Positions 8,010 through 17,475 of a stretch of DNA of 59,107 nucleotides are shown here, one piece after another. The stretch is from a virus (lineage: Duplodnaviria; Caudoviricetes). Positions within the stretch are counted from its first letter, which is position 1. Each line of letters begins with the position of its first letter. A program made the translations under genes and the position numbers. Location: positions 1 to 59,107 of IMG/VR virus record IMGVR_UViG_3300020453_000595; one strand, written 5' to 3'. The notes beneath the pieces were generated by a model that searched no databases, had not been told where the DNA came from, and worked only from the letters and a program-made list of their open reading frames with translations.

Positions 8010-8299
8010 TGAAGCGCAGCATCACATTTCATAGCGAGAACGGCATCGAGTCGTTCGACTGCCCTGAAGAGGAATACATTCTCGACGCAGCAGAAGAGGC
8101 AGGTATTGCCTTGCCTTATTCCTGCAGGGCTGGCGCCTGCTGCTCCTGTGCAGCCAAGATCATTGCTGGTGAAGTTGATCAAAGCGATCAGTCATTTCTC
8201 GATGAGGATCAAATCGAGGCTGGCTATGTGCTTCTGTGCGTGGCCTACCCAAAGACTGACTTGGTCGTGAAGCCTGGCATTGAGGACGAATTGTACTGA
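8009..8299 (+). CDS. petF: Plant-type [2Fe-2S] ferredoxin
   Basis: [42 protein letters not shown]. Confidence 0.97.
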   Translation: MKRSITFHSENGIESFDCPEEEYILDAAEEAGIALPYSCRAGACCSCAAKIIAGEVDQSDQSFLDEDQIEAGYVLLCVAYPKTDLVVKPGIEDELY

Positions 8300-8313
8300 A
8301 CTGGGGTTAACCA

Positions 8314-8748
8314 GTGAAACACCTGTTATTTATTGGCGCTCTCCTGTTGTTTGCGGGCAGGGCGCACTCCGTTCCGGTGGTTCCGTCCTTCTCCATGGGG
8401 AAAATGACAACGAGGACCGAAACCACCCAGGAGACCACTGAGCTGATTCGCTCGATAGATTACAACACAGGTTGGTCATACGCAGTCTCTGGAACAGGGG
8501 TTGAATCGAGTACTGGAGATATCTCTGTCGACTCGCAATCTTCTTCCTTCCAGATCGACTCAGACACACAGGCTGGATGGACACAACTCAACATGAGCAA
8601 CAAGCCCACCTGGAGGCAGACAAATCCGGGGGCAAGTTTCAGCTTCGTCGAGTCCTACTCAGGACCAGGCGTATCGAACGTGACGTCGATCGACAGAAAA
8701 GTAACCACTCGAAGCGTCACCGATACCACAAGTATCTTTCAGCGCTAA
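8314..8748 (+). CDS. Signal-peptide-bearing conserved cyanophage protein
   Basis: Signal peptide followed by VPVVPSFSMGKMTTRTET. Confidence 0.8.
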   Translation: MKHLLFIGALLLFAGRAHSVPVVPSFSMGKMTTRTETTQETTELIRSIDYNTGWSYAVSGTGVESSTGDISVDSQSSSFQIDSDTQAGWTQLNMSNKPTWRQTNPGASFSFVESYSGPGVSNVTSIDRKVTTRSVTDTTSIFQR

Positions 8749-9497
8749 TTGGAATTGGTTCCCTCTTTGCTGCTAATCCTGCTTTTGCTGATTCTGTTGG
8801 CGGTGTAAGCGCAACAGCAAACCCAATCGCGCAGTCGTCTTCCTCAGTCTCTAACCAGGCCGTCCAGATCTTGCAAGGGCCTTATATCCAGTCAGCAGTA
8901 ACTGCTGGCGTTCAATGTCAAGGTCCGACGTTTAACCTGACTCCATTTATTACTTACAGCAACTCCTGGCAGCAGCCTTACGAGCCGCTTTATTACGAGC
9001 CTGTCTACGACACGATTGATATCGAAGGAGGTCCGCTTGACGAAAATGGATTGCCGACACCTGACGGCATCCCTGACAACGGCTGGGGCTCGGTCGCCTT
9101 TCAGAAGCCAGTTCGCACGGCTCAGAAAGACAACTACTCCTGGAATGCCGGGATCAGCGCCACTATCTCAATTCCCCTCGATGGCGGCATCCAAGAGCGC
9201 TGTAAAGCTGCAATGACAACGCAGAACAGGATTCAGATGCAGATGCTGCGTAACAAGGAGCTTGATTTCGCAATTGCCAAACTGCGCCACTGCGGGCAGC
9301 TCGCGCAGGAAGGAATCCGCTTTGCGTCGCACAGCCGCTTCTATCATGTCTGCTCTGACGTCATCGTCGAACCCAAGAAAGTAACGATGACCCCTCACAT
9401 CCATGAGGTCAGGATCACCCCATCAGATCTCGGGCTTGACGGAGTACTCGATACCGCGAACGCTGAGCAAGGACCCTCTGGCGAACAGAACGAATAG
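8577..9497 (+). CDS. Conserved cyanophage exported protein (start uncertain)
   Basis: Signal-like segment ..NPAFA/DSVGGVSATANPIA..QCQGPT; long overlap with the upstream gene. Confidence 0.75.
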   Translation: MDTTQHEQQAHLEADKSGGKFQLRRVLLRTRRIERDVDRQKSNHSKRHRYHKYLSALIGIGSLFAANPAFADSVGGVSATANPIAQSSSSVSNQAVQILQGPYIQSAVTAGVQCQGPTFNLTPFITYSNSWQQPYEPLYYEPVYDTIDIEGGPLDENGLPTPDGIPDNGWGSVAFQKPVRTAQKDNYSWNAGISATISIPLDGGIQERCKAAMTTQNRIQMQMLRNKELDFAIAKLRHCGQLAQEGIRFASHSRFYHVCSDVIVEPKKVTMTPHIHEVRITPSDLGLDGVLDTANAEQGPSGEQNE

Positions 9498-10161
9498 GCA
9501 CTGACTTGCCAAGCATCTTTTTGATCTTGGCAATGATCTTCTTGATCGCCGGCTTAATCAGTTTCAGCAGCCAATTTGCAATCGGCCTGGCGAGCAGTGC
9601 TGACACTGTGGCGGTCGTTGCAATTACTGCGGTGGTTGTGACTGATTCAAGAGGCGGCAGATACTTCCCACCGATCGTGAATTCCTGAGGCTCAGGCTTT
9701 TCGAGCTTGATGCACTCGCCCTGGCGCAAGACCTCGCCCTCTTCGCACTGGGGCTTCGACTGAGGGGTCTGCCTGCCTTTGACTTCTGGGAGCGTCGGCT
9801 GCTGTGATCGACTCCTTGTCACTGGTGTTTCAGTCTTTGCCTCCGCAGCAGCGTTGGCGAACTTAGGAATTTCAGGCCTCTTGTCTCCCTGGCGGAGGTA
9901 TGGCTGATAAGCCATTGGATCGAACGACGGCATGCCTGCATCGCAATAGATCCTGATCTGGGCTGGATCGCTTGTCGTCAGCTCTGTCTGCAAGTCAGAA
10001 TCCACATGCGCCTCGACGCAGCCAGGGATTTGGACGACAGGCAAGGCCATGCTCACACCAGGCGGCAAGCTCGGTACTAACAGCGCACGCCTGATTGGTG
10101 GCAAATAGATCCCAACATCCGGAATGCTGACCCCAGCAACCCCGATGTCTGGGATGTTCAT
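9415..10161 (-). CDS. Conserved cyanophage membrane-associated hypothetical protein
   Basis: PVVQIPGCVEAH..CDAGMPSF motif; C-terminal hydrophobic then basic segment. Confidence 0.75.
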   Translation of the reverse strand: MNIPDIGVAGVSIPDVGIYLPPIRRALLVPSLPPGVSMALPVVQIPGCVEAHVDSDLQTELTTSDPAQIRIYCDAGMPSFDPMAYQPYLRQGDKRPEIPKFANAAAEAKTETPVTRSRSQQPTLPEVKGRQTPQSKPQCEEGEVLRQGECIKLEKPEPQEFTIGGKYLPPLESVTTTAVIATTATVSALLARPIANWLLKLIKPAIKKIIAKIKKMLGKSVPIRSVRQRVLAQRSRYRVLRQARDLMG

Positions 10162-10421
10162 CAGAAGATCGGCAGGCCTGACTTGACGGTGCCGCCTTTA
10201 GGGATGAGCTTCTCTTGGGACTCGAGCAGCTTGTCTTGCATGCCCACGAGATCTTTCTTGAAGTAATCGTATTCCTCTGTCAGCCTGCTTTCAAGTTGCA
10301 GAGCAAGCTCACTTTTTAGAAGATTGAACTTACCCGAAACAGCTCTGTACGCAAAGAAAACAACAAGGTTCAAAGCAATTAAATTGCCTAATACAATTCC
10401 TTTAAATAATATCTTCATCAC
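10161..10421 (-). CDS. Hypothetical membrane protein
   Basis: N-terminal TM segment; coupled to both neighbours. Confidence 0.65.
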   Translation of the reverse strand: MMKILFKGIVLGNLIALNLVVFFAYRAVSGKFNLLKSELALQLESRLTEEYDYFKKDLVGMQDKLLESQEKLIPKGGTVKSGLPIF

Positions 10422-11578
10422 AGAAGCCTTGCGTACTGAACAATTACGACCCCATCGCCGCCGAAGCCGCCAGTGTTGTAATTTGTTTGAAATGAAGTAG
10501 CGGCTGGAGTTAGGTAGTGGTACTCCGAGCGATAGTTGTAATAGCCGACACCACCACCACCGCCGGCGTTGCCGCCGTCTCCAGGGTTAAACGCGTAACT
10601 ACCGGCGCCGCCGCCGCCGCCTAGAAATCCCCCGTTGCCAGGGGAGCAGTAGTCGTTGATATCAGCGTTGGAGCCGTAGCCACCACCACCGCCACCAGGG
10701 CCACCACCACTGCCCTGTGTCGCGTTTCCGGCTGAGCTCTGGACAACCACCATTCCAGCAACGCCACCACCGCCGCCCATCAAAATTTCATTAGGGCCAA
10801 TCTGCAGTGGACCTTCCCCTGGATCTCTGGTCCGACCGACCGAGCCGGCGTAGGTAATGAAGTTGTAATAGCCACTTCCTCCAGTACCTCCTGTCCCAAG
10901 CAATCCATTACCGCCGTTTTCGGTTGTGTAATAGGAACTCGGGCTGATGCTTCGAAGGACTCTATTCATGCTGCCGCCGCCAGCACCACCGGTGTAATTT
11001 CCGTCGTTGCCCTGCGCACCGATACCGCCACCTCCACCACCGGCGTAGGTACTACCATCGCCACCCTTGAAACCGCTGCGATACCCGTAAGGAGCTGGTG
11101 CACTGCCACCACCACCACCACCGCTATTAGTCCCTGACGCGTAGTACTCAACGCCGCCTTGACCGCCACGTTGATTGGCATCACCTAGCAGGCCTAGACC
11201 GCCGATGCCGTATAGAGCGGCGCTTCCCTCGTTAGCTGTGTTGTTGTAACCAGAGTTGCCGCCAGTTGCAGAGCAATGGCTTCCAAAACTAGAAGTGCCG
11301 CCAATACCTGTATAGGAATGAGAGCCCTGGCCAATGGTGATTGTTTCAGTGGCCCCAAGACTGGAGACGTTAATCAGCTTGACGGCTAATCCACCGCCAC
11401 CGCCGCCGTGGGCTGGATTGCTGGAAGGGTGCCGATCACCGCCAGCACCGCCAGCGCCCCATACGTGAACAAGAATTGGCTTTGATTCGTCTATGTCTGA
11501 AGGCTTTGTCCATGTATACGATCCAGCTTTCGTATACATGTCATATTCATTGAACAAGTATTGCTTGAAATTTGACAT
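10418..11578 (-). CDS. Glycine-rich tail fibre/adhesin protein (type B, copy 2)
   Basis: TWTKP..ILVHVWGAGG..SSFGSHCSATGG..GGDGVVIVQY with poly-Gly tracts. Confidence 0.85.
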   Translation of the reverse strand: MSNFKQYLFNEYDMYTKAGSYTWTKPSDIDESKPILVHVWGAGGAGGDRHPSSNPAHGGGGGGLAVKLINVSSLGATETITIGQGSHSYTGIGGTSSFGSHCSATGGNSGYNNTANEGSAALYGIGGLGLLGDANQRGGQGGVEYYASGTNSGGGGGGSAPAPYGYRSGFKGGDGSTYAGGGGGGIGAQGNDGNYTGGAGGGSMNRVLRSISPSSYYTTENGGNGLLGTGGTGGSGYYNFITYAGSVGRTRDPGEGPLQIGPNEILMGGGGGVAGMVVVQSSAGNATQGSGGGPGGGGGGYGSNADINDYCSPGNGGFLGGGGGAGSYAFNPGDGGNAGGGGGVGYYNYRSEYHYLTPAATSFQTNYNTGGFGGDGVVIVQYARLL

Positions 11579-11583
11579 ATCAA

Positions 11584-12723
11584 TTAGAGCACTTTGTATT
11601 GAACAATGATTAGGCCATCACCGCCATGGCCGTGGTAACTCGAATTACCTACGCCTACGCTGCCACCGCCTCCAGCGTTCCCGCCATGACCGCCCTGGGC
11701 GTACTGGCAACCACCGCCGCCACCGCCAAGAATTCCGCCTAAGCCGGCGTTGATATACCAGCCAGTCGCAGCAACATCACCAAAACCACCACCACCGCCG
11801 CCTGGGCCGCCATTAGCACCAGGAGAAGTTGTAAAACCGGAAGACTGGGTGTAGCCACCGCCGCCTCCACCACCGCCGCCGCCGAAAAAGATTTCGTTGG
11901 GCGTGATTCGACCAGTGCCTCGACCGGGCTCAGCACTTTCGCAAGTATCTCCCCCGTAGCTGTAGTAACCGACGTAGAAGTTGGCACCTTGGCCACCAGC
12001 TCCGTCGATACCTTGACCGCCATTTCCTCCTGAGTAGTAAGAGACATTACTGCCATGGCCAGGACCCATGCTTCCGCCACCGCCGGTGCCGAAGTAATAA
12101 CCGTCGCCCCCGGCTCCACCAATACCGCCACCGCCGGTGCCGGCGTAGGAGCTGATGCAGTTGCCGCCTCTATACCCAGCAGTCTCTCCGTAGGGAGCAG
12201 GGGCAGATCCACCACCACCGCCACCAGTGTCAGAACCGCTTGCATAACGACCAGTACCACCAGTCCCGCCTCGCTGGTTCTTGTCGCCGTTCAGGCCAAG
12301 ACCACCGATACCGTAAATAGTTCCACTGCCCTCATTAGCAGTCTGGTTGTCACCGCTATTGCCCCCGGTAGCAGAGCAATGGCTACCGAAGCTAGTTGTC
12401 CCACCGATACCTGTTGCACTGGTCGAACCAGCGCCAATGGTCAACGTTTCTGTCGCGCCCAATGAGGAGACGTCGATGTATTTGACCGCTAGGCCACCAC
12501 CACCACCACCGTTGCCGATTCCACCAACGCTTGAGTCAGACCAGGTCCCAGATCCACCAGCGCCCCAGACGTGCACCAAAATTCTGTCGCCAGTAATTCC
12601 TGCAGGCTTTGTCCAGGTAATTGTGTCAGCCCAGTGAAAAACTTCGTATTGATTGAATTCGCCGGGGATGCCACCACCACCGCCGCCGCCGCCACCAGCA
12701 GATCCAGGAAACCTTCTACCCAT
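11584..12723 (-). CDS. Glycine-rich tail fibre/adhesin protein (type A, copy 2)
   Basis: MGRRFPGSAGGGG N-terminus plus the same Gly-rich domain. Confidence 0.85.
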   Translation of the reverse strand: MGRRFPGSAGGGGGGGGGIPGEFNQYEVFHWADTITWTKPAGITGDRILVHVWGAGGSGTWSDSSVGGIGNGGGGGGLAVKYIDVSSLGATETLTIGAGSTSATGIGGTTSFGSHCSATGGNSGDNQTANEGSGTIYGIGGLGLNGDKNQRGGTGGTGRYASGSDTGGGGGGSAPAPYGETAGYRGGNCISSYAGTGGGGIGGAGGDGYYFGTGGGGSMGPGHGSNVSYYSGGNGGQGIDGAGGQGANFYVGYYSYGGDTCESAEPGRGTGRITPNEIFFGGGGGGGGGGYTQSSGFTTSPGANGGPGGGGGGFGDVAATGWYINAGLGGILGGGGGGCQYAQGGHGGNAGGGGSVGVGNSSYHGHGGDGLIIVQYKVL

Positions 12724-12808
12724 CGAAAATCAATAGCCCTAAACGACAGATCTGGCTGAAGCCATTTGCTTAGTTACAGGTTAGCTAGTTCTGCCTGATG
12801 ACTAATAA

Positions 12809-13960
12809 TTAGACGAGACGAGCGTATTGAATAATGACCACTCCATGGCCAGCTTTTCTGACCTCATTGATTGGCCTACCGGTGTGTTGTTGGTAGTAGC
12901 CGATTCCACCGCTGCCGCCAGCATTACCACCATTCCCGGAATCGTTGTAGCTAGAAGCGCCACCGCCGCCGCCCAGAAAACCGCCGTCACCAGCGCAAGA
13001 GTAAGCCCCAGTTGTTGTGTACTTGCCAATGCCACCGCCACCACCACCTGGAGCACCGCAGCCAGCGGGTGAAGCTCCTCGCTCTGAACTGTCGTACCAG
13101 TAGCAATGTCCGCTACCACCACCGCCGTAAATACCGATTTCGTTGGGTGTGAGAATTAAATCACCCTGAGCTTGAGTTGATTTATTGACCGATCCACCGC
13201 CGTATGAGATGTAGCTGTTACCAGGAGAAGATGGAGCTCCACCGAAGCCAAGTAAGCCATTTCCTCCTGGAGCTGGCTGATAGGAACTCGCTGGTGATTG
13301 CGATTTGCTTGGGACACTCATTGTCCCGCCACCGCTACCGCCCGTATAATTACCTTGCTCACCAGCAGCTCCAATACCTCCGCCTCCACCGCCGGCGTAA
13401 GTAGAGCCGTTGCCACCGTTGAACCCGTCCCGATATCCGTAAGAAGCTGGCGCGCTACCACCACCACCACCGCCACAATTGTTCGAATCAGAGTAATAAC
13501 CAGTGCCACCGGTTCCACCTCTGCGGTTTACGTCACCACCAGAGCCCATTCCGCCTATTCCATAATTAGCGGTTCCATCGGCACCACCATTTGAGCCACC
13601 ATTCGAGGTCTCACAAATACCACCATTACCTCCAGTTGCTGAGCAATGGCTACCGAAACTAGATGAACCGCCCTGTGACTGACTGTTCGTTCCGTTGTTG
13701 GATCTAGCACCAACAGTGACAGTCTCTGTTGCACCCAAAGCAGAGACATCGATCAACTTGACGGCCAATCCACCGCCACCGCCGCCATTGCAAGCAGTGT
13801 TGCTGTTGTAATAGGCATCATGGCCTGTGCCACCTGCACCCCATACATGCACGAGGATTGGCTTGGAATCATCAATATCTGATGGCTTTGTCCAGGTGAA
13901 TGTCCCAGCTTCCCGGTAGAAATCAAACGTGTTGTAGAAATAGCCTTTGAAGTTTGTCAT
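12809..13960 (-). CDS. Glycine-rich tail fibre/adhesin protein (type B, copy 1)
   Basis: MTNFKGYF..TWTKPSDIDDSKPILVHVWGAGG; paralog of 10418-11578. Confidence 0.85.
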   Translation of the reverse strand: MTNFKGYFYNTFDFYREAGTFTWTKPSDIDDSKPILVHVWGAGGTGHDAYYNSNTACNGGGGGGLAVKLIDVSALGATETVTVGARSNNGTNSQSQGGSSSFGSHCSATGGNGGICETSNGGSNGGADGTANYGIGGMGSGGDVNRRGGTGGTGYYSDSNNCGGGGGGSAPASYGYRDGFNGGNGSTYAGGGGGGIGAAGEQGNYTGGSGGGTMSVPSKSQSPASSYQPAPGGNGLLGFGGAPSSPGNSYISYGGGSVNKSTQAQGDLILTPNEIGIYGGGGSGHCYWYDSSERGASPAGCGAPGGGGGGIGKYTTTGAYSCAGDGGFLGGGGGASSYNDSGNGGNAGGSGGIGYYQQHTGRPINEVRKAGHGVVIIQYARLV

Positions 13961-13963
13961 TTC

Positions 13964-15133
13964 CTAGAACCTCACTCTGTACTGGATAATCACGAGGCCA
14001 GGGCCGCCCTTACCAAATCCAATGCCGGCACTCGCGCCAAAGCCGCACCCGCCACCGCCTCCTGCATTGCCGCCATCGCCGGCATACGCACTGGAGCTAG
14101 CCCCGCCGCCGCCGCCCAGAAGGCCACCGTTGCCTGCTCTCCAGCCGTGGTCGCCCAAGCCATTTGTTTGAGCTACTCCACCACCGCCACCACCTGGGCC
14201 ACCATGACCGCCGTCACGACCGTTGTTACCAGAGCTATAGGTCGATCCTGACCCACCGGCCCCGCCGCCACCGCCGAGCATGATTCGGTTCGGCTCGAGG
14301 ATTAAGCCTCCTGAGCCGCTTTGGCCAGCTCGAGGAATACCGCCCTGGTAGGTAGTGAAGGCGCCATATCCATTGGTGGCACTTCCATGGCAACCAAACA
14401 GACCTGCACCGCCATTGCCAGGAGTGTCGTAGTTCCCTTGTGAGCCGTGGCCTTCGCTCATGCTTCCGCCACCACCACCGCCGGGATAGGAGTACCAACC
14501 ACCGCCTTCACCACCGATTCCAGCGCCGCCACCACCGCCATTAGTCGTATAGGCATTGCCGCCCGGATAGCCATCTACATGGCCATATGGCGCTGGGGCA
14601 GAACCACCACCACCACCACCGGCATTTGTGGTGCTTGCGAAGTAAAAGCCGCCGCCGCGACCGCCACGTCGATTGACATCACCTAGCAGGCCTAGACCGC
14701 CGATGCCACGGTTTGCAGCGCCATTACTGCCGCTATTACTACCTTCGTTCGAAGTTTCGTTATCGCCTGAATTACCACCAGACGCTGAGCAATGGCTACC
14801 AAAGCTCGAAGTGCCACCCAGGCCATTAATTGTAGTAGCGCCACTACCAATAGTGATTGTCTCAGTAGCGCCTAATGAGCTGTTGTCGATGTATTTCATG
14901 GCGTAGCCGCCACCACCGCCACCCCATCCCTCACTGGCGGTTCCGCCACGGGCGTTGTGACCAGCACCGCCGGCACCCCACACATGAACGAGAATCCTGG
15001 AGCCGCCAATTTTGGTCGGCTTAGTCCAAGTAAATGATCCAGACGTCTCAAACATCTTGACGACGTTGAACTCGCCGATGGAATCACCACCACCGCCACC
15101 ACCACCAGCAGATCCAGGAAACCTACGTCCCAC
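13964..15133 (-). CDS. Glycine-rich tail fibre/adhesin protein (type A, copy 1)
   Basis: MGRRFPGSAGGGG N-terminus; paralog of 11584-12723. Confidence 0.85.
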   Translation of the reverse strand: MGRRFPGSAGGGGGGGDSIGEFNVVKMFETSGSFTWTKPTKIGGSRILVHVWGAGGAGHNARGGTASEGWGGGGGGYAMKYIDNSSLGATETITIGSGATTINGLGGTSSFGSHCSASGGNSGDNETSNEGSNSGSNGAANRGIGGLGLLGDVNRRGGRGGGFYFASTTNAGGGGGGSAPAPYGHVDGYPGGNAYTTNGGGGGAGIGGEGGGWYSYPGGGGGGSMSEGHGSQGNYDTPGNGGAGLFGCHGSATNGYGAFTTYQGGIPRAGQSGSGGLILEPNRIMLGGGGGAGGSGSTYSSGNNGRDGGHGGPGGGGGGVAQTNGLGDHGWRAGNGGLLGGGGGASSSAYAGDGGNAGGGGGCGFGASAGIGFGKGGPGLVIIQYRVRF

Positions 15134-15139
15134 TTTTAA

Positions 15140-15571
15140 TTAGCGAAGAGCCTTAATTGCAGTAACTACTTCTGCGGTCAGAACAGAGTCAGTGACAAGT
15201 CGATCCAGAAGAGCGATGTCTTCTGCGTTGTCGAGGTCAAGACTACCTTTGGCTTCCATTTGAGCCATGAAGTCATCGACTTCATCGTCCGTAGCTCGCA
15301 GATTCTTGACTGCCACGCGCTGTGCGCGTGTCATCGCATCAAGCACTTCTGCGCGAGGAGCCAGACGAGGCTGGGTCGGCGCAGGAGGAGGGGTCACCTC
15401 AGGGGCCACATACTTCACCAGCGTCCCATCGGTAACTGTGTCACCAGTCGCCGTATTCTCGTCGACCTCGACGAATTGACTTGCGATTGATTCGACAAAG
15501 CGCGTAGTCGGATCGCCATCGCAGACCTCCATGACGAGACCAGCGGAATTGAGTCGTGCGTACTTAGCCAT
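15140..15571 (-). CDS. Putative tail-fibre-associated protein
   Basis: 143 aa ORF immediately upstream of the adhesin cluster. Confidence 0.6.
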   Translation of the reverse strand: MAKYARLNSAGLVMEVCDGDPTTRFVESIASQFVEVDENTATGDTVTDGTLVKYVAPEVTPPPAPTQPRLAPRAEVLDAMTRAQRVAVKNLRATDDEVDDFMAQMEAKGSLDLDNAEDIALLDRLVTDSVLTAEVVTAIKALR

Positions 15572-15574
15572 TTA

Positions 15575-15910
15575 TCAGGACTCCAGGCCGTAAGCCACGA
15601 AAGAGCAGCTGCCATTTCCAGAGCCGACAACTAAACGTGCACCGGATTCAAGCGTGATACCAGTCCGCTCAAAAGAGGTGTTGGCGTTCAAAGAGAAGTC
15701 GAACTCAATGTAGTACTGGTCTGCGATAGCGCCAGAAGAGGTGGAGACCGAAGCCGGAATCACAGCAACTTTGATTGTGTCGGCTGCAGCTGTCTGGTTG
15801 CAGACTGCGAGAATCAAAGTTGTGGTTGCAGTTGCCGTAACAAGTGCAGTTGTTGCGTAAGTCGGGGTGCCGCCACTGGGCTTGGAGGACCCCTTAATAC
15901 CCGAAGCCAT
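15575..15910 (-). CDS. Putative virion structural protein
   Basis: Beta-rich small protein, YIEFD..FERTGITL. Confidence 0.7.
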   Translation of the reverse strand: MASGIKGSSKPSGGTPTYATTALVTATATTTLILAVCNQTAAADTIKVAVIPASVSTSSGAIADQYYIEFDFSLNANTSFERTGITLESGARLVVGSGNGSCSFVAYGLES

Positions 15911-15966
15911 GCGAAATAAGCGATCAGACGGGCAGGTTGCCTGCCTCTTCCCTTAAGTATAAAGAT

Positions 15967-16131
15967 TCAACCGTATGGTTCGTTCTCTCGCTGAACGTGA
16001 CTACGAAGATCTTGTCTTGAGTTGATACGGTTATTAGCGCTCGAACGATTAACCGAATTCTGCTTTTTACTACGAGCCAAGGCAGCGGCTTTCTGCTGCC
16101 TTGCTTTTAACTGTTTGGCTCGCTTGAACAT
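15967..16131 (-). CDS. Small basic hypothetical protein (54 aa)
   Basis: MFKRAKQLKARQQK..NRINSRQDLR; TGATG coupling; hand translated. Confidence 0.45.
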   Translation of the reverse strand: MFKRAKQLKARQQKAAALARSKKQNSVNRSSANNRINSRQDLRSHVQRENEPYG

Positions 16132-16862
16132 CAGGTCGAGAGGCCCATGAAGAATGCGTACTGACGGTCTGCATTGGTCGTGGTGTATGTCCCGGAAATC
16201 AACAGAGTCCAGCTGGTGTTTTCTGGTGAACCTGAAGGGTCAGCGGTGGCATCTGAGGTGTGATCGGTCAGACTGATGTAGTGGTTGGTATTAGCGCCAC
16301 TGCCGGTTTGAACCAGATCACCTTTGTAGTAGTCAGTGCTGGTTGCATAGGCGCCTCGATTGAATGAGCCACCGGAATACCGCGCCCAGTTTCCAGCGAG
16401 GAGATCGGCCAACAATGTCGCTGCCGAAGTGAAGTTCGTGGCGGCCCGATAAGCCTGGCCCTGATGAATGACGGCATCATCAGCTACGTATGAAGTAGCG
16501 GTCTGCCAGTCACCCTTGAAGTCGAGGCCGCCAGCAAGCAACTCCCAGTAAGTGGCGTTTGGAGGAATGTTATTGGTCGTCGCACCAATAGCCCGATAAG
16601 TACTGCCGCCGTGGGTAACGACGTCGTTGGTGGCGTAAGTCGTTGCAGAGCTCCATGCGCCATTGGCCTTCAGGCCACTGACCATTGCCGCCCAGTGCGT
16701 GGTCGTCGAGGGGTCGGTTCCAGGCGTTGAGGCTGTGGAGTTGATATAGGAGTAAACGTCGCCACCGAAACGAACGACATCGTTGTATTCGTATGACTCT
16801 GTGGCGGAATAATCGCCTCGAAACTGAAAGCGGATCTTGCCCAGATTGATAATGGTGCTCAT
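16131..16862 (-). CDS. Virion protein with carbohydrate-binding-module-like repeats
   Basis: Four repeats of G-[DA]-[WY]..T.Y..[ND]D.V..GG..Y..W. Confidence 0.75.
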   Translation of the reverse strand: MSTIINLGKIRFQFRGDYSATESYEYNDVVRFGGDVYSYINSTASTPGTDPSTTTHWAAMVSGLKANGAWSSATTYATNDVVTHGGSTYRAIGATTNNIPPNATYWELLAGGLDFKGDWQTATSYVADDAVIHQGQAYRAATNFTSAATLLADLLAGNWARYSGGSFNRGAYATSTDYYKGDLVQTGSGANTNHYISLTDHTSDATADPSGSPENTSWTLLISGTYTTTNADRQYAFFMGLST

Positions 16863-17125
16863 ACGATCTCGCAGTTCAGGTGGCCGGGGTTAGCTGATGA
16901 CCAGCTAAAAGAAAGCAGCTTGTCTGACCACACAGTTTCGGCGTAGTCTTCAAGGTTAATTATATGAGAGTCAGGCAGCTTAACCTCGCTGCCTCCCGTG
17001 TTTCGGACAATGCTTAAGTTGCCAGTCGCAACATTAAAACGGAAGCTATAAGCATTCTTCCCTGAGGGAGCAGCAAAGTCCGTTATTTGAGGAGCGACAA
17101 CCTCTTTGAATAGTTGAATCGTCAT
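16859..17125 (-). CDS. Hypothetical structural protein
   Basis: Coupled ORF in the tail operon. Confidence 0.65.
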   Translation of the reverse strand: MTIQLFKEVVAPQITDFAAPSGKNAYSFRFNVATGNLSIVRNTGGSEVKLPDSHIINLEDYAETVWSDKLLSFSWSSANPGHLNCEIV

Positions 17126-17475
17126 TAGACGTCTTCGTAAACAGAGAGCCAGACCACGAATGTCTTCGTGCTTGTATTTTCCGGATCGACAGGGGCGTCT
17201 GACTTGACTACGTCGTCCTCGCCTAAGACCATCTTCTCCATGCCCGTCAAACGCTTTTGTTCGCCGGGGGCAATTCGAACACCTTTTGCGATGTAATAGT
17301 CATCGCTGCCGACAGTAATAAAGATGTCAACAGGCAGCTCGAATTCAGAGACATTCGAAACAGTCATCCCTGTAATCACAGACGTCTTTGCAGACGGCAC
17401 TGTGTAAACAGTGGTGGGAGCTGGAGCAGACTGCTGACTGCCAACCGATGCTTGAAATCTTTTAAATGTGGCCAT
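17125..17475 (-). CDS. Putative virion structural protein
   Basis: TTVYTVPSAKTSVITGMTVSN motif. Confidence 0.7.
   Translation of the reverse strand: MATFKRFQASVGSQQSAPAPTTVYTVPSAKTSVITGMTVSNVSEFELPVDIFITVGSDDYYIAKGVRIAPGEQKRLTGMEKMVLGEDDVVKSDAPVDPENTSTKTFVVWLSVYEDV

Noticed and set aside
10418-15133. Diversity-generating retroelement acting on the adhesins
   Set aside because: No reverse transcriptase in the window and no TR/VR pair of about 100 bp with adenine-specific differences; the shared patch is 49 bp and coding in both copies.
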